A model generated the notes under the pieces. It was not told where the DNA came from. It ran no database searches and worked only from the letters and a program-made list of their open reading frames with translations. The translations under genes and the position numbers were made by a program. From the NCBI GenBank assembly GCA_944371955.1, contig CALVYB010000003.1, positions 1 to 48,138 on the forward strand: a stretch of 48,138 nt of DNA, given 5' to 3'. Of the stretch, positions 29,862 through 39,683 are shown one piece after another; within the stretch, counting starts at the first letter, position 1; every line of letters begins with the position of its first letter. Source of the DNA: an uncultured Bacilli bacterium. Lineage in GTDB: Bacteria > Bacillota_I > Bacilli_A > RF39 > UBA660.

Positions 29862-32800
29862 ATGAAAAAAATATCTATTATTATACCATGTTATGAAACA
29901 GAAGAGTATGTAGAAAAATGTATCGAAAGTCTTTTTGAACAAACATATAAAAATCTAGAAATTATAGCTGTAAATGATTGTTCTACAGGAAATATGCAAG
30001 AAATATTGGAAAAATTAAAAAGAAAGGATAAAAGACTTAAAATTATCAAAAATGAAGTTAATAAAGGAAAATTTCATAGTAGAATAATAGGTTCAAAAGA
30101 AATAACGGGAGATTATATTTCATTTTTAGATAGTGATGATTATGTTAACAAAGATTTTTACAGATTATTAGTAAATAATATAGAAGATAATGATAGTGAT
30201 ATAGTTATGTCTAATTTTGTTAGAGAAAATAAAGAAGAAAAAAATGTATATCCATTAATTTTTAATACAAATAATGCTGTGTACAATGGAAGAAAATTTT
30301 ATGATATGTTTTTTGAACAAACTGGCCGAAACATTAGATATCATTTGTTATGTACCAAATTAATAAAGGTGGATATTTGGAAAAAAGTAATAGAAAACGT
30401 AAGTAAAATAAAACCCAAAATTACTATGGCTGAAGATTTAGTATTTACTTCTATAGCTTTATTTCATGCTAAAAAAATATCATTTTGTGATAATGCGATA
30501 TATTATCATACAATTAATGAAATCCAAGTAACAAGCAACCAAAAAATTACAGTTTCAAAACTAAATAATAATATAAAAGATATTAACCACGTTTTTAATT
30601 TTATTAAAGAATTTTTAATAAAGAATAAAGTATATGAACAATATAAAGAAAATTATGAAATATGGAAATCATTTTATATATCCATACAAGTAAAGAATTA
30701 CAAAGAGTTAAAGAAAAAAAATAAAAATATCAAAAAATTAGAATTTGATTACGAAAATGATAAGAATATAAAAAAATTTTACCGGATAAAAGAAAGTGAT
30801 AAAAGCTGGGATAATTATTTAGAGTTAAAAACTCCATATGATGAAGCATTTAACCAAATAAAAGAAAAAATTATCAATCCAAATGTTAAAGTAGTAAGTT
30901 TTGATATGTTTGACACACTTGTAGCAAGACCATTTTTGGTGCCATTAGATATGTTTACATTACTCAATGATTATTTTATAAAATTATTTAATCCAATAGC
31001 TGTCATAGATTTTTCTAGAATCAGAGTCAAAGGTGAGGATGAACTTAGGAATTTAAATTATAAAATGGGTATCCAAGAAGTCTCTTTAGATGAAATATAT
31101 CAATACATATCAGATGCATATGATTTAGATATTGAAAAATTAGTTAAAATAAAAAAGAAAGAAATGGAGCTGGAATTACATTTTTGTAATAGGAGAAATT
31201 CTGGTTATGAGCTATATTTATTAGCAAAACAACTAAAAAAGCGTGTGATTGTAACTTCAGATATATATTTGCCAAGAAGTTTAATTGAAGCAATTTTGAA
31301 AAAAAATGGATATGAATTTGAAAAGATATATATATCTGCAGAACTTCGTAAAACTAAATCAAATGGTTCGTTATTTTCATATGTTATAAATCAAGAAGGT
31401 ACCAATAACATTCTACATATTGGTGATAATTATGAAAGCGATTATAAAAAACCATTAGAGTATAATATTGAATCTGCTAGGCTTATTAAAGCTACAGATG
31501 TTATGATGGGATATTCTGATAAAAATGTTAGGCATTGTGGGAATTTATATAAGCATTTTGTTTTATTTAACCAAGACCATATTCCTTATGAAGAAATAAT
31601 GGGAGTTAGATGTTCAATTGGGATGATAGCAAATAAGTATTTTGACAATCCATATAGACCATTTAATGCATACTCTGATTTTAATGGCGATCCATATTTT
31701 ATTGGCTATTATGCACTAGGAATGCAAACATTAGCAATTTGCAAATGGTTATTAGAAGATGCAAAACGAAATGGTATTCATTCTATATGTTTTATGGCAA
31801 GAGATGGATATTTACCTTATGAAGCAGCTAAAGTATATAAAGGAATAATAGGAAATTATGATGATATTCACTTAAATTATACATATGTTTCAAGAAAGGC
31901 TTTAATGCCATTGTTATTAAAAGATAAAAGTGGTATATCACTAATTGATACATACTTAAATGTAGATATGCTAACTCCAAGAGAGTTGATGAATCAATTT
32001 GAAAAAGTAATAAGCATTACTGCCAAAAATGAAAAAATAATTAATAAAGAATTTAAATTAGATAAAAAAATTAGGACAGTAAGAGAATTCAATGCGTGTT
32101 TATCGCTAATATATGATACTTGTTTTGATAAAGAAAAGTATAATAGATATTATAATATATGTAAAAAATATTTTGATAAAGAATTTAGCAAAAAATGTGC
32201 CACATTTGATATTGGTTATAGTGGAAAGCCAGAAGCTATTATATCTACAATAATTAACAAGCCCATAAGAACTTATTTTATACATACCAATAATTCGTCA
32301 GCTTATAATAATTTAAGAAATTGTAAATCTGATTTATGTACTTTTTATGAATATAAACCAACGTTAACTGGAACAACAAGAGAATTATTTATTTCATATG
32401 ACGGTCCTTCCTGTATAGGATATTATGAAGACGGAGATGAAATAAAGCCACAATTAAAGGATTCAGATAAATATAATTACTTCAATAAAAGAATGATTCA
32501 ATTAATCCAACAAGGAGCATTAGACTTTGTAGAGGATTTTTGTAACAGATTTAAAGAGAATATAGAAAACATTGATTTAAACAAATATTATATGTCTATC
32601 CCATTAGAGTATTACTATCATTATGCAGAAATGGAAGACAGATTACCAACTAAGAATCTACTATTTGAAAATAATATAAATGATTATATTGAAATAAACG
32701 ATTATATATTTAAAAGATATGATGACTATGCAAAAGAGTACTCATTAGGATCAATTCCTAGAAAGCCAGAAGAAAATGAAATCAATTATTTGTTACCCAA

Positions 32801-32900
32801 AAATAGAATAAAAAGAATATTATACTATCTAATAAAGGATAGAGATGAGTTGAAAATAAAATGGAATAAATGGAAAGAGAGTCAAAAGAAAAACGGATAG
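29862..32900 (+). CDS. Three-domain enzyme: GT2 + HAD phosphatase + glycan phosphoribosyltransferase-like domain (putative ribofuranosyltransferase)
   Basis: GT2 IIIPCY/FLDSDD/AED; HAD VVSFDMFDT, TSD, K, HIGDNYESD; C-terminal FMARDG, YVSRKA, FDIGYSG. Start re-called at ATG 29862. Confidence 0.75.
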   Translation: MKKISIIIPCYETEEYVEKCIESLFEQTYKNLEIIAVNDCSTGNMQEILEKLKRKDKRLKIIKNEVNKGKFHSRIIGSKEITGDYISFLDSDDYVNKDFYRLLVNNIEDNDSDIVMSNFVRENKEEKNVYPLIFNTNNAVYNGRKFYDMFFEQTGRNIRYHLLCTKLIKVDIWKKVIENVSKIKPKITMAEDLVFTSIALFHAKKISFCDNAIYYHTINEIQVTSNQKITVSKLNNNIKDINHVFNFIKEFLIKNKVYEQYKENYEIWKSFYISIQVKNYKELKKKNKNIKKLEFDYENDKNIKKFYRIKESDKSWDNYLELKTPYDEAFNQIKEKIINPNVKVVSFDMFDTLVARPFLVPLDMFTLLNDYFIKLFNPIAVIDFSRIRVKGEDELRNLNYKMGIQEVSLDEIYQYISDAYDLDIEKLVKIKKKEMELELHFCNRRNSGYELYLLAKQLKKRVIVTSDIYLPRSLIEAILKKNGYEFEKIYISAELRKTKSNGSLFSYVINQEGTNNILHIGDNYESDYKKPLEYNIESARLIKATDVMMGYSDKNVRHCGNLYKHFVLFNQDHIPYEEIMGVRCSIGMIANKYFDNPYRPFNAYSDFNGDPYFIGYYALGMQTLAICKWLLEDAKRNGIHSICFMARDGYLPYEAAKVYKGIIGNYDDIHLNYTYVSRKALMPLLLKDKSGISLIDTYLNVDMLTPRELMNQFEKVISITAKNEKIINKEFKLDKKIRTVREFNACLSLIYDTCFDKEKYNRYYNICKKYFDKEFSKKCATFDIGYSGKPEAIISTIINKPIRTYFIHTNNSSAYNNLRNCKSDLCTFYEYKPTLTGTTRELFISYDGPSCIGYYEDGDEIKPQLKDSDKYNYFNKRMIQLIQQGALDFVEDFCNRFKENIENIDLNKYYMSIPLEYYYHYAEMEDRLPTKNLLFENNINDYIEINDYIFKRYDDYAKEYSLGSIPRKPEENEINYLLPKNRIKRILYYLIKDRDELKIKWNKWKESQKKNG

Positions 32901-33056
32901 CAAATACTATTAGAATATCAAAAATAGAAGTAATAATACAATGGTGATGCTATTAAAATCTTATACATAATGACAATAAATACCCAGTAATATAAATTAA
33001 GAGTAAAGAGAATAGAATTTTAGAAACTAAACATTTGAAGTATTAGAGGTGGTTTA

Positions 33057-34190
33057 ATGAATACAGAAAGGAATTCGAATTTAGAATTAATGAGAATTAT
33101 CTCAATGTTTTTTATAGTTTTAGGACATGTTATTTTATTTGGAAAACTATTAGAAACGGAGAATAAAGCTATATTGTTAATATATTATTTTATTGAGTTT
33201 ATACTTATAATTCACGTTAATTCATATGTTTTAGTTACTGGATATTTTCAATCAAAATCAAAACTCAAATTAAAAAAAATATGGTCTATTATTAGCTCCA
33301 GTTGGTTTTATAGAGTAATAATTATGGCTATATTTTTATCCTTGGGATTAATATCAATTGGAATAGGTCAAATAATTAAAGATATATTTCCAATAAGTAT
33401 AGATAATTACTGGTTTATAAAAGTATATATAATACTTTATCTCTTATCACCTTTTTTTAATAAATTGATAAAAGATTTAAATAAAGTTGAGTTTTTAAAA
33501 TTACTTATATTAGGTTTTATTATATTCTGTGTTACACCATATATTACAAATAATGAATTTTTTGAAAATTCGGGGTACACTTTATACAATTTTGTATATT
33601 TATATTTTTTAGGGGCATATTTAAATAAATATCCGCTGAATAAAAGTAAATATTTTAAAAAGATAGAAAAAAGGTCATTTAGAAATATAATGCTGTTTAT
33701 ATTTTTTTTCTGTGTTATTTTAAATTTTGTATTATTCTATGTTGCTCAGTATTTAATTCCAACAAATAACAGCATAGAAAACTATCTTCGCTCGATGATA
33801 TTAAATAATAAGATTGCATATAGCAATCCAATAATTATAATTCAAACAATAGCATATTTTCAAATATTTTTAACATTTGAATTTAAGTCAAAAATCATTA
33901 ATAAAATATCAGCGCTTACGCTGGGTATTTATTTTATCCATGAGAACAATTATATTAGAAACAAACTATATAATTGGTTAGGAGTAATTAATGGTAATCA
34001 TAATTCATTCAAATTTATAAGTTATGTATTTATAGTAGCAATATCGATATTTGTTGTATGTGCAATAATTGAATTTATAAGACAAATAATATTTAAAAAA
34101 ATCTCTAGGACAAACATTATAGTAAATTTAAAAAATAATGCTAAAACTAAATTAAAAGAAATAAAGATATGTTATAATATAAAAGCATAA
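33057..34190 (+). CDS. Acyltransferase family 3 (polysaccharide O-acyltransferase)
   Basis: RNSNLELMRIISMFFIVLGH, YVLVTGYF, YWF, GIYFIHE; about 10 TM. Confidence 0.9.
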   Translation: MNTERNSNLELMRIISMFFIVLGHVILFGKLLETENKAILLIYYFIEFILIIHVNSYVLVTGYFQSKSKLKLKKIWSIISSSWFYRVIIMAIFLSLGLISIGIGQIIKDIFPISIDNYWFIKVYIILYLLSPFFNKLIKDLNKVEFLKLLILGFIIFCVTPYITNNEFFENSGYTLYNFVYLYFLGAYLNKYPLNKSKYFKKIEKRSFRNIMLFIFFFCVILNFVLFYVAQYLIPTNNSIENYLRSMILNNKIAYSNPIIIIQTIAYFQIFLTFEFKSKIINKISALTLGIYFIHENNYIRNKLYNWLGVINGNHNSFKFISYVFIVAISIFVVCAIIEFIRQIIFKKISRTNIIVNLKNNAKTKLKEIKICYNIKA

Positions 34191-34222
34191 AACTAATATA
34201 CTTATTTCTAGGAGTGATTATA

Positions 34223-34930
34223 ATGATGAAAAAAATAGTTTTACTTTTAATAATTATCGTATTAGGATATCTTGTATTATATAATTTGAATAAAGAGAAT
34301 TTAATTGTAACTAATGAAGAAGTTAAATCCGAAACTGAACATATAAAAACAATACAAGATTTAAGAAAAATAGAAAATATTGTTTTTTTGGGAGATTCAA
34401 TTACAGAGATTTATCCCATAGAGGAAATATATGGTAACCTTCCAATAATAAAAAAGGGAATATCTGGATATACAACAGAAAATATTTTAGAAAATTTAGA
34501 AGAAATGGTTTACAAGTACAATCCTACAAAAATATTCTTGTTAATAGGTACAAATGATTATAAAGATGAATGTGATACTGATAAAATGGCAGAAGTCTTA
34601 AAAAACATAAAAGAAATAGTAAAAAGAATAAAAGAAAATAGAAAAAATGCCAAAATTTATATACAATCTATATATCCGGTAAATAGAAATATGGATAAAG
34701 CTATGGTAGCAAACAGAGAAAACGATATTATTATAAAAACAAACAGCCAATTAAAAAAATATTGTCAAGAAAACGATTTAACATATATCAATGTTTATGA
34801 TCAATTAACAGATGAAGCTGGAAATTTTGACCAAAAATATACCTACGACGGTTTACATCCAAATACAATGGGATACGCTAGAATTAGTAGAATTTTACTC
34901 CCATACATTTATAAAGGCTACACGATTTAA
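34223..34930 (+). CDS. Membrane-anchored SGNH/GDSL family esterase/acetyltransferase
   Basis: N-terminal TM; FLGDSIT, GISG, IGTND, DGLHPN. Start ATG 34223 after AGGAG. Confidence 0.88.
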   Translation: MMKKIVLLLIIIVLGYLVLYNLNKENLIVTNEEVKSETEHIKTIQDLRKIENIVFLGDSITEIYPIEEIYGNLPIIKKGISGYTTENILENLEEMVYKYNPTKIFLLIGTNDYKDECDTDKMAEVLKNIKEIVKRIKENRKNAKIYIQSIYPVNRNMDKAMVANRENDIIIKTNSQLKKYCQENDLTYINVYDQLTDEAGNFDQKYTYDGLHPNTMGYARISRILLPYIYKGYTI

Positions 34931-35325
34931 TTAAATATAATATCAAGAATGAAACATTAATGGAAAATTTTAATCATGAAGACAAATTTACTCTAAAGAT
35001 ATTTTTTGTATGCATGGATATACAAAAATAATCGGTTATGTATTTGCATATACAAAATGTTTAGAAGTTTATATTGATAGAAATTATAATTCAAAAGAAT
35101 AAAACAGATGAATCAAAAATGAAGATAGAAAACAATCCCTTTTATTTTTTACCTTTGTCCCACATAGCAAGGAAGAATATATTTAGGATGTTATAATAAA
35201 GTAACATTTGTCAGTTTAAAACTAAACCAGATATCTTAAGGAGAAAAATTGATTTTGGGATGTAACGAAGAAAAATAAATTTTATAGATTAAAGAAGAAC
35301 AGAAAATAGAGTGTATTTTATTACT

Positions 35326-35364
35326 AAAAGGATTTCTCAGTTTATTTTTATGAGAAATCCTTTT
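35326..35364. terminator. Intrinsic terminator
   Basis: 14-bp inverted repeat AAAAGGATTTCTCA...TGAGAAATCCTTTT abutting the stop of the minus-strand gene. Confidence 0.75.
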
Positions 35365-36963
35365 TTATTCACATTTTCCAAAATTAATGCAATTGTCGTA
35401 ATAAGTAGAATACTTTTTTAACTCTTGATCAATATAATCGTTACCATATTTTTCACTTAATGTTTTTTTATCGCTAAACAAATTTGTTCCAAGACCTAAT
35501 CGATTACCTTCGATTTTCACACCTAAAGAAGCTAGAGTAGTGGGGTAATAATCAAAAGTGGTAAAATCTCGATTACTGGTGTTGTTAGTTTCTACAGCAG
35601 AATTTAAATAAACATTATACACACGTCTTTCGTATCCCTCGGGTAATTTACCGAATGAAGTTGTATTCATACTCAAATGATCGCCAGCCAAAATAACCGT
35701 GGTATTATCATAGAACTCTTGCTCTTGAATCCAAGATATAAACTTCCCAAGTTGCATATCTGAACAGTAAATAGCATTTAAATAAGGATTACTAGAATAC
35801 TGAGGACAAAAACTACTTTCATACCCATCAGGCATATGACTATCTACAGTTAACATAGTAAAATTAAAAGGTTCATCCTCAGAACTTAAGTTTTTAAGTT
35901 CTTTCTTTACATACTCAAATAATTTTTCATCTTCATAACCCCAAAAAACATAATAATCATCCGAAATAATTCCGTCTTCTCTGGCTGTATATAAATCAAA
36001 AACTTGATAATTTCCATGGCCTTTATAATAAGTTCTTCTACCCCCAAACGATAAATCCGATCCTACCATAACAGATTGATGGTAACCTTCATCATCTAAA
36101 ATATCTCCAATAGCAATTGCTCCATTAACTAAGCCATTTTCATAATTAGCTTCTTGATTAGCATCGGCTGCAATAAATGGGGTTTTAATAGGAATCCCAG
36201 CAGTAGCAGCAACCATGCCACCCATAGTCCAACTTGCACCATATGGCATATGAGCTCCTCCGATTTTGTCTGTATTAGAAAAATTAATGTTATCTTGAGC
36301 TAATTTTGTAAGATTGGGAATATAATTATAGGAATATCCTCCGCCATTTTTATAATCAGCATAAGTAGATTCCATCGATTCTAAAAAGATGTATATTAAA
36401 TTTCTCTTTTTCTTAGGGAACTCTAGCTTAACATCTGCTGGGTTCACATATTCTTCTTCAAAGAAAGTAGAGCTTTTTTTATTATCCTCAATATATTCAT
36501 TAATATATAATTTGTCCATTGCGTAAACAACAGAATCAGTCAAAGTACAGATTGGGATAATACAAGCTATCAAGAAAATAAAAATTACAATATTAAAATT
36601 CATATAACACTGTTTTTTAAATATACTAAAGTGTAATTGAATTTTACTATTCCTAAAAATAAATTTATAAGCCAGATAAATAATCATAAAAATTACCAAC
36701 ATAATAATAGTGGTTTGTAACGGAGGATAGATATTAGATTCAAAGAAATCATCTAAAACGCCCTTACTAGCAGTAGTGACAGAAGTACCTAAAGTATATA
36801 AAATTTCATCAAATGATGAAAAACTATAATTCTTAACCGCCCAATTTGTTCCAAGACGTAAAGCCATAGAAAGAAAAATAGCTAAGAAAAATAGTATAAC
36901 AAAAAGGAGACTAACGCTTCCTTTTAGAATTTTTACTATAACTTTTAGAACTTTTTTTAACAT
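35365..36963 (-). CDS. LTA synthase / phosphoglycerol transferase family (sulfatase fold)
   Basis: 3 TM; RNLIYIFLESME, WTMGG (nucleophile Thr), WGYED, TVDSH, GDH. Confidence 0.85.
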   Translation of the reverse strand: MLKKVLKVIVKILKGSVSLLFVILFFLAIFLSMALRLGTNWAVKNYSFSSFDEILYTLGTSVTTASKGVLDDFFESNIYPPLQTTIIMLVIFMIIYLAYKFIFRNSKIQLHFSIFKKQCYMNFNIVIFIFLIACIIPICTLTDSVVYAMDKLYINEYIEDNKKSSTFFEEEYVNPADVKLEFPKKKRNLIYIFLESMESTYADYKNGGGYSYNYIPNLTKLAQDNINFSNTDKIGGAHMPYGASWTMGGMVAATAGIPIKTPFIAADANQEANYENGLVNGAIAIGDILDDEGYHQSVMVGSDLSFGGRRTYYKGHGNYQVFDLYTAREDGIISDDYYVFWGYEDEKLFEYVKKELKNLSSEDEPFNFTMLTVDSHMPDGYESSFCPQYSSNPYLNAIYCSDMQLGKFISWIQEQEFYDNTTVILAGDHLSMNTTSFGKLPEGYERRVYNVYLNSAVETNNTSNRDFTTFDYYPTTLASLGVKIEGNRLGLGTNLFSDKKTLSEKYGNDYIDQELKKYSTYYDNCINFGKCE

Positions 36964-37282
36964 CTTTTTTCTTTTCCTTTACTTCAATATTAATCTGTAC
37001 TACTTTAGAAAGAATAAACAATAAACAAGCAATCGCAATAGCAACTATTAAACTAATTAACATATATTGCATAGTAAAATCGATAGTAAATAATTGGGAA
37101 TTATATGATTTAATTTTACCAGTATGAATAAAATGATAAATAATAGTCATAATTAGATTAATAGTAAAAGTATAACCAAGATAAGGAATGACTAACTCTT
37201 GAAGACTCCGTTTATCTTCTCTTAATCTTTCACTTACCAAGATAGAAATACTAGCAGGTAAAAATAAACATAAATACAACAT
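36911..37282 (-). CDS. Small 3-TM membrane protein overlapping the start of the LtaS-like gene
   Basis: 123-aa hydrophobic ORF; RBS-like GAAGGTG; 53-bp overlap with the downstream gene. Confidence 0.7.
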   Translation of the reverse strand: MLYLCLFLPASISILVSERLREDKRSLQELVIPYLGYTFTINLIMTIIYHFIHTGKIKSYNSQLFTIDFTMQYMLISLIVAIAIACLLFILSKVVQINIEVKEKKKDVKKSSKSYSKNSKRKR

Positions 37283-37392
37283 ACTACACCTTCTTCATTA
37301 TAAATTTTCTTATAGACGTATAAAACAACAAGATTATAACAAAAAAAAGGCGAAAAATCAATGAATATAAAATTATTCGAAAAATAATAAAA

Positions 37393-37421
37393 TGTACTAA
37401 AATAAAAGAATATGATATAAT
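37393..37421 (+). promoter_or_regulatory. sigmaA-type promoter of the DAG kinase gene
   Basis: TGTACT, 17 bp spacer, TATAAT with extended TG; RBS AAGGAG. Confidence 0.5.
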
Positions 37422-37444
37422 ATACCTATCAAGGAGCGAAGACT

Positions 37445-38365
37445 ATGAAAAAATGTATCATTATTATGAATCCTGAAAGTGGTAAAGTTAAAAGTTTAAG
37501 TACTAAAAATGAATTTTATGATGCTTTAAGAAAACATGGATATGATGCAGAAATTAAATATACAAAAGGTCCTAAAGACGCTACAAAAATAGTAGAAGAG
37601 TTAGCCGACGATATCGATTTAGTAATCAGTGCTGGAGGGGACGGTACTTTAAACGAAGTCGTAACTGGTAACCTTCGCCGTGAAAAAAAATTAGTTTTGG
37701 CAAATCTTCCTATGGGGACTACTAACGATGTTGCAAATATGTATGGATACACAAAAGATTATCAAAAAAATCTAGAATTGCTCTTAAATGGTGTAAGAAA
37801 AAAAGTAGATGTTTGCTATATTGATAATACACCGTTTGTATACGTCGCGTGTTTAGGCGATTATATTGATATGGCATATAACACTCCAAGAAATTTAAAA
37901 AAGAAATATGGAAAAATAGCATATATTTTATACGGATTAAAACAACTACAAAATAAAATTCATAAATATCGTATAAAATACAAAGTAGATGGTGTCGAAT
38001 ATGAAGGGGAATATTCATTTTTCTTTATTACAAATTCATCTAGAGTAGCTGGAGTAGATGATATCTATTACGATGTGAAAATGGATGATAATATGTTTGA
38101 AGTAGCTTTAGCAAACCCAAAAACAAAACCTGATATTTTAAGAATGCTAGTTCAGGTAACAATGAAAGATGTTAAAGAAGTACCTGGAATAACGTATTTT
38201 CAAACTAACCATTTTGAAATAGAATTTTTAGATAAACCTAAGACTTCATGGTGTATTGATGGGGAAGAGTATAAAACCAATAAATTAAAGTACGAATTTA
38301 AGGTAGAGCAACGAATGAAAATGCTAATTCCCAAAACAAATGCTAAAAAGTTATTTAATAAGTAG
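37445..38365 (+). CDS. Diacylglycerol/lipid kinase (YegS/BmrU/DgkB family)
   Basis: NPESG, GGDGTLNEV, PMGTTNDVA, DGE. Confidence 0.9.
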   Translation: MKKCIIIMNPESGKVKSLSTKNEFYDALRKHGYDAEIKYTKGPKDATKIVEELADDIDLVISAGGDGTLNEVVTGNLRREKKLVLANLPMGTTNDVANMYGYTKDYQKNLELLLNGVRKKVDVCYIDNTPFVYVACLGDYIDMAYNTPRNLKKKYGKIAYILYGLKQLQNKIHKYRIKYKVDGVEYEGEYSFFFITNSSRVAGVDDIYYDVKMDDNMFEVALANPKTKPDILRMLVQVTMKDVKEVPGITYFQTNHFEIEFLDKPKTSWCIDGEEYKTNKLKYEFKVEQRMKMLIPKTNAKKLFNK

Positions 38366-38373
38366 GAGAAGTT

Positions 38374-39171
38374 ATGAAAAAAGAGAGTAAAAAGCAAAAA
38401 AGACAATTGAAAATTAATATAGCAGTATATTTGATATTAAGATTTTTAGTTATCCTATGCATGGTAGAACAAGCTTTGAAAGGAAATTGGCATAGTGTAG
38501 CTTTATGCTTTTTAACCCTAATATTATTTACGCTTCCAACAGTAGCATCAAGAAAATTTAAAGTAAATTTGCCAACAACACTAGAGATTATTGTGTATCT
38601 ATTTATATTTGCTGCGGAAATTTTAGGGGAAATTCAGAATTTTTATGGAGTATTTAAACACTGGGATACTATGCTACATACGCTAAATGGCTTTTTATCT
38701 GCTGCGGTAGGATTCTCATTAATCGATATTTTAAACAGAACAGAAAGATTTCATATCAAAATGACTCCACTATTTGTAGCATTGGTTGCTTTCTGCTTCT
38801 CTATGACAATAGGTGTATTGTGGGAGTTCTTTGAATTTGGAGCAGATCGATATTTTAATTTAGATATGCAAAAAGATAGAATTGTAAATCAAATTTCATC
38901 TGTAGAATTAAATAAAAAGAATAAAAATGACCCAGTAATGATAAAAGATATTAATAAAACAGTTATTTATAGTAGCGATAATCAAAAAACAATCATTGAA
39001 GATGGTTATTTAGATATTGGAATTATTGATACCATGAAAGACTTAATAGTTAATTTCATAGGAGCAATTGTATTTTCTATGTTAGGATTTTTATATATTA
39101 AGGATCGCGATGAATATAAATTTATTGAAAGATTCCTACCTGTCATGAAAAAATTTAAAGAGGAAAGTTAA
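38374..39171 (+). CDS. Conserved membrane protein (DUF2238-like)
   Basis: About 6 TM; WDTMLH, GVLWEFFEF, DTMKDL motifs. Confidence 0.7.
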   Translation: MKKESKKQKRQLKINIAVYLILRFLVILCMVEQALKGNWHSVALCFLTLILFTLPTVASRKFKVNLPTTLEIIVYLFIFAAEILGEIQNFYGVFKHWDTMLHTLNGFLSAAVGFSLIDILNRTERFHIKMTPLFVALVAFCFSMTIGVLWEFFEFGADRYFNLDMQKDRIVNQISSVELNKKNKNDPVMIKDINKTVIYSSDNQKTIIEDGYLDIGIIDTMKDLIVNFIGAIVFSMLGFLYIKDRDEYKFIERFLPVMKKFKEES

Positions 39172-39208
39172 AGATTAAAAACAGAAAATGATATTCTAAT
39201 TAAAATAG

Positions 39209-39245
39209 AAAATATTAGTGAAAACAAAGCACTAATATTTTTTTG
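39209..39245 (+). terminator. Intrinsic terminator insulating the spoIIA promoter
   Basis: AAAATATTAGTG...CACTAATATTTT followed by a T run. Confidence 0.7.
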
Positions 39246-39249
39246 TTTT

Positions 39250-39282
39250 TGTCGAACGAAAGATTTGTCATATTTTGTCGAA
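39250..39282 (+). promoter_or_regulatory. Spo0A boxes upstream of the spoIIA-like operon
   Basis: TGTCGAA at 39250-39256 and 39276-39282; degenerate TGTCATA at 39266-39272, 10 bp before the second box. Confidence 0.75.
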
Positions 39283-39333
39283 ACACTGGAAAATTTTTAT
39301 TAGATGATTTATAGTGCTAAAAGAGGTGAAGAC

Positions 39334-39672
39334 ATGTTAACAGTATCACTACAAATAAATAGAGGAATTATGTTTATGAGATTGGAGGGAGAACTAACCA
39401 CGCAAAACTTTCATAAAGTAGCAGAAGAAATAAATTATTTACTGTACAAGCAAGGAATTTTAACCTATGTTTTCAATTTAGAAGCAGTAAAAAAAATAGA
39501 TAAAAATATTTTTGGTAGTATTCAAAATAAACTGACAGAAATATTTTTAAAATGTGGTAGTGTTGCTTTCTGTGGAATATCAGAGACATTTCAAAAAATG
39601 ATAGGAGAACGAAAAAACGAGTTGTTTTATGTAAGTAAAGAACAAGAAGTATTTCAATATATCAGTATATAA
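39334..39672 (+). CDS. spoIIAA: STAS-domain anti-anti-sigma-like protein (SpoIIAA-like, phosphoacceptor lost)
   Basis: MRLEGEL, VFNLEAVKKID, CGSVAFCGIS; 112 aa; directly before the sigF-like gene. Start ATG 39334 after GAGGTG. Confidence 0.75.
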   Translation: MLTVSLQINRGIMFMRLEGELTTQNFHKVAEEINYLLYKQGILTYVFNLEAVKKIDKNIFGSIQNKLTEIFLKCGSVAFCGISETFQKMIGERKNELFYVSKEQEVFQYISI

Positions 39673-39683
39673 AAGGAGAAATT

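Noticed and set aside
34931-35325. Intergenic gap with a short inverted repeat (TTTTTGTAT...ATACAAAAA) as a MITE or pseudogene
   Set aside because: The repeat is short and AT-only, with no second copy or target-site duplication seen and no convincing reading frame.
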